Below, in pieces: positions 8,842-19,393 of a DNA stretch of 64,000 nt (position 1 is the stretch's first letter; each line of letters opens with the position of its first letter). The DNA is taken from contig CBDFLE010000006.1 of assembly GCA_965248925.1 (NCBI GenBank), forward strand, positions 1,760,001-1,824,000, given 5' to 3'. The translations under genes were made by a program, and so were the position numbers. Below the pieces are notes generated by a model that was given only the letters and a program-made list of their open reading frames with translations, was not told the DNA's origin and made no database searches. Source of the stretch: Candidatus Multivoradales bacterium. GTDB taxonomy: Bacteria > Acidobacteriota > Thermoanaerobaculia > Multivoradales > J023.

Positions 8842-10393
8842 CCTAAACTGAGCGGTTCTGAGCTTGAAGCAGAATAACCGAGGGGTTGATTCGGGGCGCC
8901 GAATGTGCGTTTTGCCAGAGAACGGGAAGTTTGAGTTGGTCCCACAGCACTTGCGTAACCTTGAGCGCTATCGCCCCGGCGTGGCAGACGATCTTTCCGG
9001 CCTGGTCGAAGAGCCGCCGACGGACCGTGGTCGGGTACGATTCCAAAGGGATCACTTCGGCGCTAACATCTTCCTTGAACGCCTCGAAGAGGAAGAACGC
9101 AACCAGGATGGTGAAGTAGTACGCCATGTTGGGGCCAAAACGCAGGAAAGGCAACCGCTCGCTGGCGAAGTCTTTCAGCTCGCGATGAACCAGCTCATCC
9201 GCTCCACGTCGGTGGTAAAAGCCGATCACCTTGGCTGCATCCCCGCGGTTCGCGTACCCCGCCTCGCGCAGCAACCCGTCAATGTGTTGTCCTCGCCCCA
9301 GGTTGGTATAGATCACCGTGTCCGGCCGGGCGAACGCCAGGAGTCGCTGGCGATCCTTGTAGAGCGGCTGGCAGAAGATCGCCCTTCGAGTCTGGCTCCA
9401 AGTCCCGCGTTGATCCTCGAATTCGAAGAAGCGCCACTGCTGGGGCTCTCGGGCGAGGAGCTTCCATTCCTCTTCTGGGAGTTCCTGGGCCCGGTCACGA
9501 ATTCCCTGGTACAGCTTTCCTCCGCAGACGTATCCGATCTTCAGTTCTTCACAGGCGACGAAGATCGCCTGGTCGAAAAATCCACTGTCCATGCGCAGCA
9601 TAATCGGCACATCGGCCTGGAGGTGAGTACGGATGGCGGATACCGCTTGGCGAATCATCTTGACGGCGTCGTTGCCGTAGTTGCAGTGCCGGTCACCTCG
9701 ACGGAAGACCGCATCGATGATGAATCGCCGCCAAGTCAGCTGGAGAGGCTGGAACCCCTTGACTTTCTTGTAGGTGGGCTGGACCCCATGCCGCTTGATA
9801 GCATCATCGTTGTCCATGACCATCGAATCGAGGCCCAGGACAACGACGTCAGGTGCTGCAAGGCGCAGCCGCCACACAAACAGCTCGCGCAGAAGCTTGC
9901 GAAAGAAGTGAATGACAGGGAGTGAGAAGGCTTTGAAGAACCGCTTTACAGAGTGGGAAGACAGCAACTGATGCTGGTGGCATTCGACGATGCTGGCGTA
10001 GGCCGGATCCTTCTTCAGCGCATCGAAGTAGTTGAGGTGACGACTCGTTCCATCGAGCAAGAAGAGGAAAACCTGTTGGAGATGTCGACGATCGGCAGAC
10101 CCTTGCTGCTCTTGCGCAGTCGGCCGAATAGATGCTGCAGAAGCGGTTGGATACAAATGCTGTCCAGGTATTGCACGAAAAGGTTCAGCCCTGCTCGGCC
10201 AGTCAGAGAATCGGGGGTTACCTCAATCTTGGTGATGGCGTGCAGGCTCTTCGGGGCCGTGGTAGACTTCATCTCGATCTCCCACCTGTTGGGTTGTGGC
10301 GAGTCACACCGCCAATTACTGCTAACGGTTTCAATGTCGGCAGTTTAGCACAGCAGGTGGGGGATTATTGTGGTTTAAACCGCTCAATCTAGG
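8842..10393 (-). mobile_element. IS1380-family insertion sequence
   Basis: IRs CCTAAACTGAGCGGTT / CCTAGATTGAGCGGTT (14/16); 5-bp target duplication TAATA (8837-8841, 10394-10398). Confidence 0.9.
8843..10272 (-). pseudogene. IS1380 transposase with frameshift near 10080
   Basis: The N-terminus (..SLTGRAGL..) lies in ORF 10015..10272. The remainder (LGLDSMV, GFQPL, LRMDSGF, YHRRGADELVHRELK) is in another frame. Confidence 0.85.
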
Positions 10394-11137
10394 TAATATG
10401 GACTTCGCCACAGAACCAGTCAAGCTTGAGCATTGCAGGCAGCTCACTATGCCTCCCAATGCCCCACTGATAGCCATTCTTGGCCGAATAGGCATCGACT
10501 CTCCGTACAGCGATATTACTCTCACGTATCCGGAACCCGCGACGCTCCACTTTGGGTACCTTCTCCTCCTTCAGTTGCTTGTCTTTTGTTGCACACCACC
10601 ACACCCGGGCCAGCTCCACCCCAGAAGAACTTTTTAAGATTGTTGTTCTCGGTTCAACCGTGCGCTCGGAAAGCGCCTCAGCGCTTCAACCTCTCCATCA
10701 GGCGAGACTATTCTAATCGAAAACCCCTGATACCCAGAAAAACCGTTTAGGACTCTCCGAACTCTCTCTCCAAACTCAAAACCGGGATCGATCCTGCACG
10801 GGAAATCTGTACAAGCCATGCGGACGAGTTCATCCCGAGTTAGAAGGAGTTAATCATCGACGCCACAAAGGGTAACTTGAGTGAAGTGCCGACTTCTTTC
10901 ATCCTCTTCAGTCTCGATCTTGTAGTGAGGATCGATCACTTCTTTAATGTGACTCTGCGTATCGATGGATCTACGAATGCCCGCAAAATCAATTGTCAGC
11001 TGATAGAGACGCTTATCTCCCTTGGTAGTTGACTTAATGATCAGCTTGTCACAAGCTTCGTACCCAGCCCAGATTCCAGACCTCCTGACCTACCCCTCCT
11101 AACCCTCTGAAAACACAGGACCGCCCCTCAGAGGTGG

Positions 11138-11815
11138 TGCGGACCCAAAACTGTCCGCTTTTTTCGGTGCCGAGGCATGATCGAGCATGGCACTGACGAG
11201 CGAGCACACCGTCCTGTTCCCAGACCACGCCGGGGTCCCCGATGGGGTTGTGGTGATCAACGACCGCTGCCGCCTCCAGCAGAGGGGCGGCTATCGGGTG
11301 GTGGTGGTCAGCGGCATGCCGCTCGCTCACTTCGCTGCCGGCGACAGGACAGGCGAGGCCCACGCGATGGTGAGTCTCGTTGAATTGGGCTGGGCACAGC
11401 AACGCGAGGTGGCCCTTGCGTTCGCTTGTGATGTGCGGACTGTGCGCCGGAATCAGCGCCGCTTCGAAGAAGGTGGGCTGGCTGCTCTGGGCCGGCCGCG
11501 CGGTTTTCCCCGGGGTCAGTCTCGGGTAGCGCAGGGCCGCCTGGACGCGGTCAACGGCTGGAAGGCCGAGGGTGTGTCGAATCGCGAGATTGGCCGGCGG
11601 CTGGGCATCGATGAGAAGGCCGTTCGCAAGCTCGCCAAGCGCCTGGGCTGGAAAGAGCGGTCGGTAGTGCAGATGACGATGCCCTTCGAGAGTGCGGACC
11701 CAAAACTGTCCGCCTCTGATGAGCAGCAGGTCGACGGCCCCCTGAAAACTGCGGATCTTGCGCTCGACGCTGAGGGTGGCGGTGACCCAGCGGCTGCGGA
11801 CCCAAAACTGTCCGC
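11138..11815. repeat. three identical 21-bp palindromic repeats TGCGGACCCAAAACTGTCCGC
   Basis: Copies at 11138-11158 (upstream of the ORF), 11693-11713 and 11795-11815 (in frame, ADPKLSA); internal symmetry GCGGAC-N8-GTCCGC. Confidence 0.95.
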
Positions 11816-13580
11816 TTCTGCGTCCGAGCAAGATCAGGTTCCCCTCTCGCTGGACCTCGATCCAGCGGATCGCGCCAGCGATCGGCTGCTGGCGAGGCTG
11901 GGATTCCTCGATGATGCGGCGCCGATCTTCGGAGCGGCGACCCAGCTACCGGGCGCCGGTGCTCTGCTGGCGATTCCCGCCCTGGTGGACAGCGGCGTGC
12001 TCTCCATCGCGCAGGAGCTGTACGGCAGCATCGGGCCGGCCTTCTATGGGCTGCGCACCACTCTGGTAACCCTGCTGCTGATGGCACTGTTGCGGGTCAA
12101 GCGACCCGAAGGGCTCAAGGAGCGCTCACCCCGGCATTTGGGTCAGCTTCTCGGGCTCGACCGAGCGCCGGAAGTGAAAACCTTGCGCAACAAGCTCGCT
12201 CGGCTGGCCGCGCATGGCCTGGCCGCGGATCTCGGTCGCGCCCTCGCTCAGCGCCGGGTCGCCACCAGGGGCCATGCCATGGGCTTCCTCTACGTGGACG
12301 GGCATGTGCGCGCCTACCACGGTGGCCGAGAGATTCCCAAGACACACGTAGCGCGGATGCGGATCGCGATGCCGGCCACCACCGACTACTGGGTCAACGA
12401 TGCTGAGAGCGAGCCTCTCTTCGTGGTCCCCACCGAGGCCAACAAGGGGCTTGCGACGATGCTTCCCCTCATTCTCGAAGAGGTACGAAAGCTACTCGGA
12501 GACCGGCGAGTCACCGTCGTCTTCGACCGTGGGGGTTGGAGCCCGAAGCTGTTTGCGAAGCTCATCGCCAAGAAGTTCGACATCCTCACATACCGAAAGG
12601 CCCCCTTTCGTCCGGTGCCGTTGAGCAAGTTCGGGCAGATCAAGGACACGATCCACGGGCGGAAGCTCGAGTACCTCCTCGCCGATCAGCGTATCTACCT
12701 CGAGTATGGCCCGAGGAAGAAGCGCAAGCGGCTGTACCTGCGCCAGGTCACCCGCCTCTGCGACAACGGCCACCAGACGTCCATCATCACCTCCCGCCGC
12801 GACCTCTCCACACTCGAGGTCGCCTACCGCATGTTCGATCGTTGGAGGCAAGAGAACTTCTTCAAATACCTGCGCGAAGAATTCGCACTCGATGCCCTGG
12901 TGGACTATGGCACCGAGCCAGCGGACGCCGCCCGCGATGTGCCGAATCCCGAGCGCGGCAAGATCAATGCAGAGCTGCGCAAAGCTCACGCACATCTCGA
13001 GCAGCTTCGGGCCCACATCGGGATCGCTGCTCTTGAAAACCGCGAGGATCGGCGGCGCACGATGCGCGGATTCAAGATCGCCAACGCCGCCATCTCCGCC
13101 AGGGTCCGGGCAGCGATAGAGCAGATCACCGAACTCGAGAACCAGCGCGCGACCCTCCCCGTCCGCGTCCCCGTCCAAGAGGTCGTCGAAGCGGATGTCA
13201 TCAAGCTGTCCGTCGAGCGCAAGCACCTCACCGATATTCTCAAGATGGTCGCCTACCAGGCCGAAGGTGATCTTCTCCGGCTCCTATCACCCCACTACCG
13301 CCGCACCGAGCAGGAGGGACGCACCCTGATCCAAAGCGCTTTCGCGGCCGGCGGCGATATGGAGGTTACCGACACCGTGCTGCTCCTTTCCATCGACCCG
13401 CTCAGCTCTCCCCACAAGACGGCGGCGATCGCCGCCGTCTGCGAAGAACTCAACGCTACCGCCACCCACTTCCCCGGCACCGAGCTACGGATGCGGTTCG
13501 CGATCAAGAAGGCGCCACCCCGGAGCCTGGCCTTCCCAGGGCCTCGGAACACCTCCGGAGAGGCTCAACCGGACATTTGA
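11187..13580 (+). CDS. transposase (two N-terminal HTHs plus DDE-type domain)
   Basis: HTHs QREVALAFACDVRTVRR and SNREIGRRLGIDEKAVRK; YVDGHVRAY, VFDRGG, RWRQENFFKY motifs; fills the element. Confidence 0.88.
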   Translation: MALTSEHTVLFPDHAGVPDGVVVINDRCRLQQRGGYRVVVVSGMPLAHFAAGDRTGEAHAMVSLVELGWAQQREVALAFACDVRTVRRNQRRFEEGGLAALGRPRGFPRGQSRVAQGRLDAVNGWKAEGVSNREIGRRLGIDEKAVRKLAKRLGWKERSVVQMTMPFESADPKLSASDEQQVDGPLKTADLALDAEGGGDPAAADPKLSASASEQDQVPLSLDLDPADRASDRLLARLGFLDDAAPIFGAATQLPGAGALLAIPALVDSGVLSIAQELYGSIGPAFYGLRTTLVTLLLMALLRVKRPEGLKERSPRHLGQLLGLDRAPEVKTLRNKLARLAAHGLAADLGRALAQRRVATRGHAMGFLYVDGHVRAYHGGREIPKTHVARMRIAMPATTDYWVNDAESEPLFVVPTEANKGLATMLPLILEEVRKLLGDRRVTVVFDRGGWSPKLFAKLIAKKFDILTYRKAPFRPVPLSKFGQIKDTIHGRKLEYLLADQRIYLEYGPRKKRKRLYLRQVTRLCDNGHQTSIITSRRDLSTLEVAYRMFDRWRQENFFKYLREEFALDALVDYGTEPADAARDVPNPERGKINAELRKAHAHLEQLRAHIGIAALENREDRRRTMRGFKIANAAISARVRAAIEQITELENQRATLPVRVPVQEVVEADVIKLSVERKHLTDILKMVAYQAEGDLLRLLSPHYRRTEQEGRTLIQSAFAAGGDMEVTDTVLLLSIDPLSSPHKTAAIAAVCEELNATATHFPGTELRMRFAIKKAPPRSLAFPGPRNTSGEAQPDI

Positions 13581-13932
13581 GAAAAAGGGTATGTCAGGAG
13601 TTCTGGATTCCGATCCCCCTAAACCCAGCCATCTCATCCTCGAGCGCCTTAGCTGACACAGCTATCCTCTTGGCCGCTCGAATACCCTCCAAGTCCATTC
13701 CAGCCCCCAGATCTGTAACCTGGAGAAGGGACTTTTCCGGGTAGGCAGTGATCGTGATTTGGGGATCTTTTGGTGGATCATCTAGCCTCAGATAGGCATC
13801 CCGAGCGTTCTGAACGTACTCACGAAGAACTGCCTCCGACGTGTAAATGCCTTTCGCGAGGTTATCTAGCAACTGACTCCCGATGTCATGCCAGTCGATC
13901 TCGTCCTCAATATGCTTCCATGCCATGTCGTT

Positions 13933-15382
13933 CTATTCCCTCCAACGATGAGTGCTCGTCCATTGCGCTGCGCGGACATCGATCCGAAGTACACCTACTG
14001 AAACGCCGACCCCGTGGGACACGACGTAAGCCCGCCCTCTCCCGCAGTGACCGACAAGCCGTGTCACTTCATTAGTGTTGTTGTTGCTCGCTTTTCTGCT
14101 CAGTCGGCGCGCCAGTCGGCCTGTCGCATCGTCAACCTGGAAGATCACCTGAGTAGCCGAGTTGCTGAATACAAGGTCATCGAAATCCTGCGGCTGTTGT
14201 GACGCGAGCAGCAGGCCTACACCGAACTTGCGGCCTTCGCGGAGCAGTCTTTCGACCGGCGATTCGTGACCAATGGCGAGCCGATGGGCTTCGTCGAGAA
14301 CCACATAGCTACAAAGTTTTGCAGGGCCTCTTGCCTCGATGAACCCGAGGAAATTCCAGAGGAGAAATTAGGCAGTAGCTCTCGCCACCGAATGCTCGAG
14401 CCCTGCGAGCTGAATGACCCATGGGGAGCCCCCTTGGAGGAATCCGCCCCAGTCCAGAGCCAAGCCACGCCGAGTAAAAACTTCGAAAACAAATAGAGTC
14501 GAGATGTGCGAGGCTGCCATACCTGCCGCGCGGTGGCCAGGGTTGTCGCGATCCCCAGCGCGAAGCTCCAAAGCCGTTCGGAGCATTGAGAAGGGGGGAG
14601 TTGGCCGGCTCCAGGTTGACGGCTCTTTCCGGCGAATTCCTGCATTCTCGAAACAGTCGAGGACAGCATCACGGATCTGTGAATGTTGCTGAACACCTAG
14701 TTTTGGATAAACCCGTTGGAAGGTATCGGCGACGCGCTGTGCCGCATTCACTGGGCCCCGGACATCGGAGTCAAACAACGCCAGCGGATTGATGGCGACA
14801 GCTTGGCTATTCACTTCAATCTGCTGAAATCGTACATGGGAAGTAACCTCGGGTGGGAGTTCGCTCTCCGCGAAGCCCTGCCCGAAGTCGAATACTAACG
14901 CGGGCAGCCCGCGCTGGGCCAACTCGGCGATCAAGCTCGTCAACAAATAGGTCTTTCCAAAACCGCTAGCGCCGCAAACAACCATGTGGGGATTCGGTGC
15001 GCCGGACGATGGCTCGGGGAACCACCACGCACGAGTCTCAGATCCTACAACCGTGCCCAAAGGGATAGCCGTCCGTCCTTGCGGCTCTTGATCGGGTGGA
15101 AGCAGATGGGGCGCAGAGGGAGCTGCTACCCGCTCGACCCCAGGCCACGTCTGTGAAACCGAGGGGCTGAGCTGCGGTGAGTGTGCTAGTGATGGAGTGA
15201 ACTCCGGTGGGCTCGACGGCAACGCAGCGTTTTCGTACGAGCCCATTGTTACGTGGGCAGCAATCGCGGCGACCTGCCCCTTGGTAACCCCCAGCCGGTC
15301 TGCGATCTCACCCTTTTGGGGAGCCAGCTGCCAACAGCTCTAGGATCTGTTCCCGCTGCATCTTGTTCAGTCGCGGCACCAT
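13933..15382 (-). pseudogene. HTH + HerA/FtsK-superfamily (DndH/DptH C-terminal-like) ATPase with frameshift and nonsense codon
   Basis: MVPRLNKMQREQILELLAAG/KGEIADRLGVTKGQVAAI (frameshift ~15318); NPHMVVCGASGFGKT, INPL, LGVQQ; TAA at 14368-14370 (ATA*FLLWN); VLDEAH, LREGRKFGVGLLLASQ. Confidence 0.82.
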
Positions 15383-15678
15383 TCATCTCTCCGTCGGACT
15401 CTCGTGATAGCAGCCCCGCATTTGCTCCGGTGGGCCGAAACTGTGCCTCGGCAGCTGTCGCTCCTACGGTGTGAGGATCCGGCCGCTCCGTGGAAGGTTG
15501 CGCCCCAGGGGCCTAGAGTACCCCATCGAGGGCGCTACACTCGACTCTGGAACTGCCTGGCTTGCCACCCCCTGAACCTCGCACCCGATTTTAGCGGAAG
15601 GCTTCCCTCTGGGAACCAAGGAGGCCAGCCAGGCGACTCAGCCCAAGGTCTTGGCCCATCTTTTCCCGCTATTCAGTC

Positions 15679-16049
15679 CTAGAAGCTGATAGGTAGATAG
15701 ATCATCCGGTTGATGTACTCGGTGGGTTCCGAAACACTGTAGATCAAGAGCAGCTCATCGCGGGTGTCCTTGATGGTCATCGACGGATTGAGAATGAAGA
15801 TTCCCGGCATCTGCCGTCCAGCGCTGGCGTGATCTTGGAGATGGACAGGCATCGACGCTCGGTTGTTCGTTACCAACACGAAAAAGTTGGCTTCACACCA
15901 GACCAGAATCTCCGCGTCCAGGGTCCCGTGTCCGGGCGCTCCAGGGTCGCCGTCCACCCAGACGGTCGTATCTGGGGATTGGCCTGCTCCAATGCCCTGC
16001 GAAGACGAGGATTGACGTTCTCGTCCAGCAGGTACCTGATCTCGTTCAC
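15679..16049 (-). pseudogene. DUF5615 PIN-like toxin, frameshifted
   Basis: IRYLLDENVNPRL.. then frameshift ~15975 to ..VWVDGDPGAP..LDAEILVWCE..VLVTNNR. Confidence 0.8.
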
Positions 16050-16384
16050 GGAGATCCCGTTACCGGCGCTCGTCGAGCGTTACGTTCCTGCCGAATCATG
16101 CGCAGCCGAAGCATCGGTGGTGTGGAGTTCTGGGCCTGCCGGGCGCGCATCTTCTGGCCGTGCTCAAGCCACCGTTCCAGATAGGCGTTGACTTCTTTCT
16201 GGTTGTGGAGGTAGTACGTAACCGTCGCGTAGACCTTCTCTCGATCGAGGGAAGGATAGCTGCGGGTGATCGTCTCGGGGGATTAACTGCGATGGATGAA
16301 ATCGTAGAGGACGGAGTCGATACCGATTCGCGTCCATTTGATCCTAATATCTTCCGCGGTGAAGAAGTCGAAGTCAAGCTGCAT
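16046..16384 (-). pseudogene. DUF433 antitoxin with in-frame TAA at 16283-16285
   Basis: Not in the ORF track; MQLDFDFFTAEDIRIKWTRIGIDSVLYDFIHRS*SPETITRSYPSLDREKVYATVTYYLHN. Confidence 0.8.
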
Positions 16385-16555
16385 GGCTGGCTCCCGCCAC
16401 TTAGGGCGTCATCATGCGCGCAGCCCAAGCGGCACTGCAATCCTACTGTATCCTCTGGTGCCGTAGAGTCAGAAACGGAGTCCCAGCTCCCTGCTTGAAG
16501 AAATCCACAAAGAGATTTAGAATCGGCTTCGAATTCAGCCCTTCGAGGAACTCTC

Positions 16556-16834
16556 ATGAGGCCCCTACAGATCTCCCAGGACATCGTCCCCCTGGCTCGT
16601 TTCAAGACCCAAGCGTCGCTCATCCTCCGCCAGTTACACCAGGAGCAGCGGCCCGTCGTGATCACCCAGAACGGTCAGCCAGCCGCTGTGCTGATCACCC
16701 CGGAGGAGTTCGACCGCTTGCTGGAGCATGACCGCTTCCTGGCCGCGATTCAGGTAGGACTGGCGGATTCAGAGGCCGACAGGCTGATCGACGACGAAGC
16801 GGTGGCGGCGGAACTCGGTATTCTCGACTCGTGA
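16556..16834 (+). CDS. Phd/YefM family antitoxin
   Basis: DIVPLARFK..RPVVITQNGQPAAVLITPEEFD. Confidence 0.9.
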   Translation: MRPLQISQDIVPLARFKTQASLILRQLHQEQRPVVITQNGQPAAVLITPEEFDRLLEHDRFLAAIQVGLADSEADRLIDDEAVAAELGILDS

Positions 16835-17133
16835 AGCTTCTTTGGACCGAACGATCGCGGGCCGATTTACTCGAAATCCGTCGCTTCATCGCCCGCGACA
16901 AACCTGGCGCAGCAAGCGATTGGCTGGCTAGGCTCCGGCAGCGAGCGCTACAGGCCGCGGAGCTGCCATCCTCGGGCCGCAGTGTTCCTGAGCTTGGCCG
17001 TGAGGACATTCGAGAGATCCTGGAACGTGACTATCGCATCGTCTATCGCGTCTTGGAGGATGAGATTCACGTTCTGACGGTCTTCGAAGGACACCAGAGA
17101 CTGCGGCTGGAAGAGCTGGATGACTCCGAGTAG
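16831..17133 (+). CDS. RelE/ParE family toxin
   Basis: WTERSRADLLEI..PSSGRSVPE..IREI..YRIVYRV..VLTVFEG; 4-nt overlap with the antitoxin. Confidence 0.9.
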   Translation: MKLLWTERSRADLLEIRRFIARDKPGAASDWLARLRQRALQAAELPSSGRSVPELGREDIREILERDYRIVYRVLEDEIHVLTVFEGHQRLRLEELDDSE

Positions 17134-17225
17134 CGTGGCGAGCACACTCGATGCCACACAGCTGACAGCACCGGACTCTCCGCCCACCACTGCTTCATCC
17201 AATTGCCAATGTAGAGCCAACCAGG

Positions 17226-18494
17226 TCAGAGCTGGCCATCGCTCCTGAGCGCCGCGATCTCGGCCTGGATTGCTGGATCGGCGTAGCGACTTGGGTGGAA
17301 ATTTCTGGCGTAGGCGGGCAAGGAGCCCCCCATCATCCAATCCGCGCACAGCTCGCCAGCAGCGCAGGCACACATGGTGCCATAGCCTGAGAGCGCCGCC
17401 ACGAGGTATAAATCCGCAGGCTCCAGAGGCCCGATCAGCGGCCAGTTCTCACGGGTGCGGGTGTAATACCCCGCGTATTGCACGACCGGGGTGGGAGTTC
17501 GGTCGACGTAGCGGCCCAGCGCCGGGATAAACCGGCTAGCGCCCCGCAGGACGATATTCGGGAAAGCGATGTCATCTTGCGGCTGCCACTTCGGGTCCTC
17601 CGGCGTACGGTTATAGGCCCAACCTAGCTTGATCTGGGCGGTAGATTCAGGTTTGACGTGCAATCCGGCAGGCAGCTCGCCCAACAACCAGCGGTACTCG
17701 GGGTCGGCTTCGAAAAGCTCACGCTCTTCGTCGCTCCAACGCAACGTCTGAGGATCGGCAAAGATGGTGAATGGCAGATCCCTAGGAATGATCTGGTCCG
17801 GATCAGGAATGACGATCTTGCGCTGCAGGAAAGACTGTACCGGCAGATCGATATCCAGCATTCCGGCCAGCTCCTGGACGAATGGTCCGGAGGCAAGAAC
17901 CAGCCGGTTGGCTACAATCGTTGCGCTGCCGTCAACCGTCGTCAGGCGCAAGGAGTAGCCGGCCGAGCCCCGCTCAATCCCCTCGACCGTGCCCTGAAGC
18001 AGCTCCAGACCGAGGCCCCTCGCCCGCGACAGCAGCAAGGAGCCCAGCGCGTAAACATCGAAAGCGCCGGCGCGATCGATGCGCACAACTTGTCGAATCG
18101 TCTCGGCCAGATAGGGATGCTGGCGGCGAATCGCCGCGGCGTCGCGAATTTGCTCAATGCCCGACCGCGGGCGCCGCAGATGCTCCGAAGGGAAGACCTG
18201 CCGGTCTTTCGACTCGCTGACGAAGGCATAGCCGAACCACCGCATATCGAAGGCGTTATCGGTCTCCTCGGCAAGCTCCTGCATCAAGTCCAGGCTGTGG
18301 CCGGCGAACGATGCCATGCAGGGCTGGGGCCAATAGTCACGGAAATTCTCGCCCGACTTGCTGGTGGTTAGCGACATCGGCAACAGCTTGTCGATCAAGA
18401 CGATCCGTCTCTGGCCATATTTGGCCGCCAGGTAGTAGGCGGTCGCGATGCCGGCGATGCCGGCGCCGCAGATAGCGACCTCAGCTCGTTCCAT
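17226..18494 (-). CDS. FAD-dependent oxidoreductase (DAO/sarcosine oxidase-like)
   Basis: ICGAGIAG FAD motif; AGYYTRT..PLIGP..ALSGYG. Confidence 0.88.
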   Translation of the reverse strand: MERAEVAICGAGIAGIATAYYLAAKYGQRRIVLIDKLLPMSLTTSKSGENFRDYWPQPCMASFAGHSLDLMQELAEETDNAFDMRWFGYAFVSESKDRQVFPSEHLRRPRSGIEQIRDAAAIRRQHPYLAETIRQVVRIDRAGAFDVYALGSLLLSRARGLGLELLQGTVEGIERGSAGYSLRLTTVDGSATIVANRLVLASGPFVQELAGMLDIDLPVQSFLQRKIVIPDPDQIIPRDLPFTIFADPQTLRWSDEERELFEADPEYRWLLGELPAGLHVKPESTAQIKLGWAYNRTPEDPKWQPQDDIAFPNIVLRGASRFIPALGRYVDRTPTPVVQYAGYYTRTRENWPLIGPLEPADLYLVAALSGYGTMCACAAGELCADWMMGGSLPAYARNFHPSRYADPAIQAEIAALRSDGQL

Positions 18495-18590
18495 CCACCC
18501 AGGATCGCACATCTTCGGCGATCCGTGTCGCTACCAATCTGGCACAGGTAAGATCTGACCCACCGACTCATCAACCGACAGGAGCCCCCC

Positions 18591-19346
18591 TTGATTCAAT
18601 CCGAGCAACGCGACTCGATCACCATCCTGCGCATCGAGCACGGCAAGGCCAACGCGGTCGACACCGAGCTGTTTCACGCTCTCGACGCGGCCTTCGATCA
18701 GGCGGTGGATGCAGACACCCGGGCCATCGTCTTGACCGGCAATGGCAAGCTGTTCTCGGCTGGTGTCGATCTCTTCCAGGTCTTGGCGGGGGGCAGCGGC
18801 TACCTGCGCCACTTCCTGCCGGTGTTATCGGCCAGCGTGCAGAAAGTCTTCACCTTGCCCCTGCCGGTGGTGGCGGCGGTCGATGGCCACGCCCTGGCCG
18901 GTGGCTGCATCCTGGCGGCAGCCTGCGATCGTCGGGTGATGAGCCGGGGCAAAGGCAAGATCGGGGTCACCGAGCTGGCGGTCGGAGTGCCCTATCCGGT
19001 GATGGCGCTCGAAGCTCTGCGCTGGCTGCTGCCCCATCACCTGGTGCAGGACTTGGTCTACTCGGGTCGCATGCTCGACACCGAGCAAGCGCTGGCCTGC
19101 GGGCTGGTGGACGAGCTTGCCGAGGACCCCGCGGCGACTCTCGACAGGGCGATCGAGATCGCCCGGAGCTACGCCCGCATACCGCGCGACAGCTTCGCAC
19201 TGACCAAGCGCCAGCTACGCCAACCGGCGGTGGATCGTACCGCCGCCATGGCGGCCCTCGACGACGAGGTGGTGGAAGTCTGGAGCCGGCCCGAGACCCT
19301 CGACATCATCCGCCGGTTCTTGGAAAAGACGGTCGGCCGCAAGTAG
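18591..19346 (+). CDS. enoyl-CoA hydratase/isomerase family protein
   Basis: KANA, FSAGVDL, AAVDGHALAGGCILA. Confidence 0.92.
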   Translation: MIQSEQRDSITILRIEHGKANAVDTELFHALDAAFDQAVDADTRAIVLTGNGKLFSAGVDLFQVLAGGSGYLRHFLPVLSASVQKVFTLPLPVVAAVDGHALAGGCILAAACDRRVMSRGKGKIGVTELAVGVPYPVMALEALRWLLPHHLVQDLVYSGRMLDTEQALACGLVDELAEDPAATLDRAIEIARSYARIPRDSFALTKRQLRQPAVDRTAAMAALDDEVVEVWSRPETLDIIRRFLEKTVGRK

Positions 19347-19393
19347 GCCTGGCACGCCGGGGGTGAGTTTCAGCGCCAGCACGGCGGGCGGGC

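Larger units (their letters stand above)
11077..13605 (+). mobile_element. insertion sequence with a large HTH-DDE transposase (family not confidently assigned)
   Basis: IRs CAGACCTCCTGACCTACCC / CAGAACTCCTGACATACCC (17/19); 5-bp target duplication GATTC (11072-11076, 13606-13610). Confidence 0.92.
8136..13926 (-). pseudogene. GHKL/Hsp90-like ATPase (~566 aa reconstructed), split by two IS elements, with one nonsense codon and one frameshift
   Basis: YTSEAVLREYVQNARDA, DLGAGMD, AGFRGIG|IWAG rejoined across IS 11077-13605; TAA at 10850-10852; frameshift ~10660; RGFRIRESNI..WFCGEVHI|TNPSIRPDTPRD rejoined across IS 8842-10393. Confidence 0.85.

Noticed and set aside
11138-11815. CRISPR array from the 21-bp palindromic repeats
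   Set aside because: Only three copies with irregular spacing (555 and 102 bp), two of them inside a transposase ORF, and no cas genes.
726-16285. TAA stop-codon reassignment or readthrough suggested by four in-frame TAAs
   Set aside because: TAA terminates intact genes here (rplB, rpsH, tuf, TonB receptor). The implied residues differ between sites, and the same region also carries frameshifts and IS insertions.
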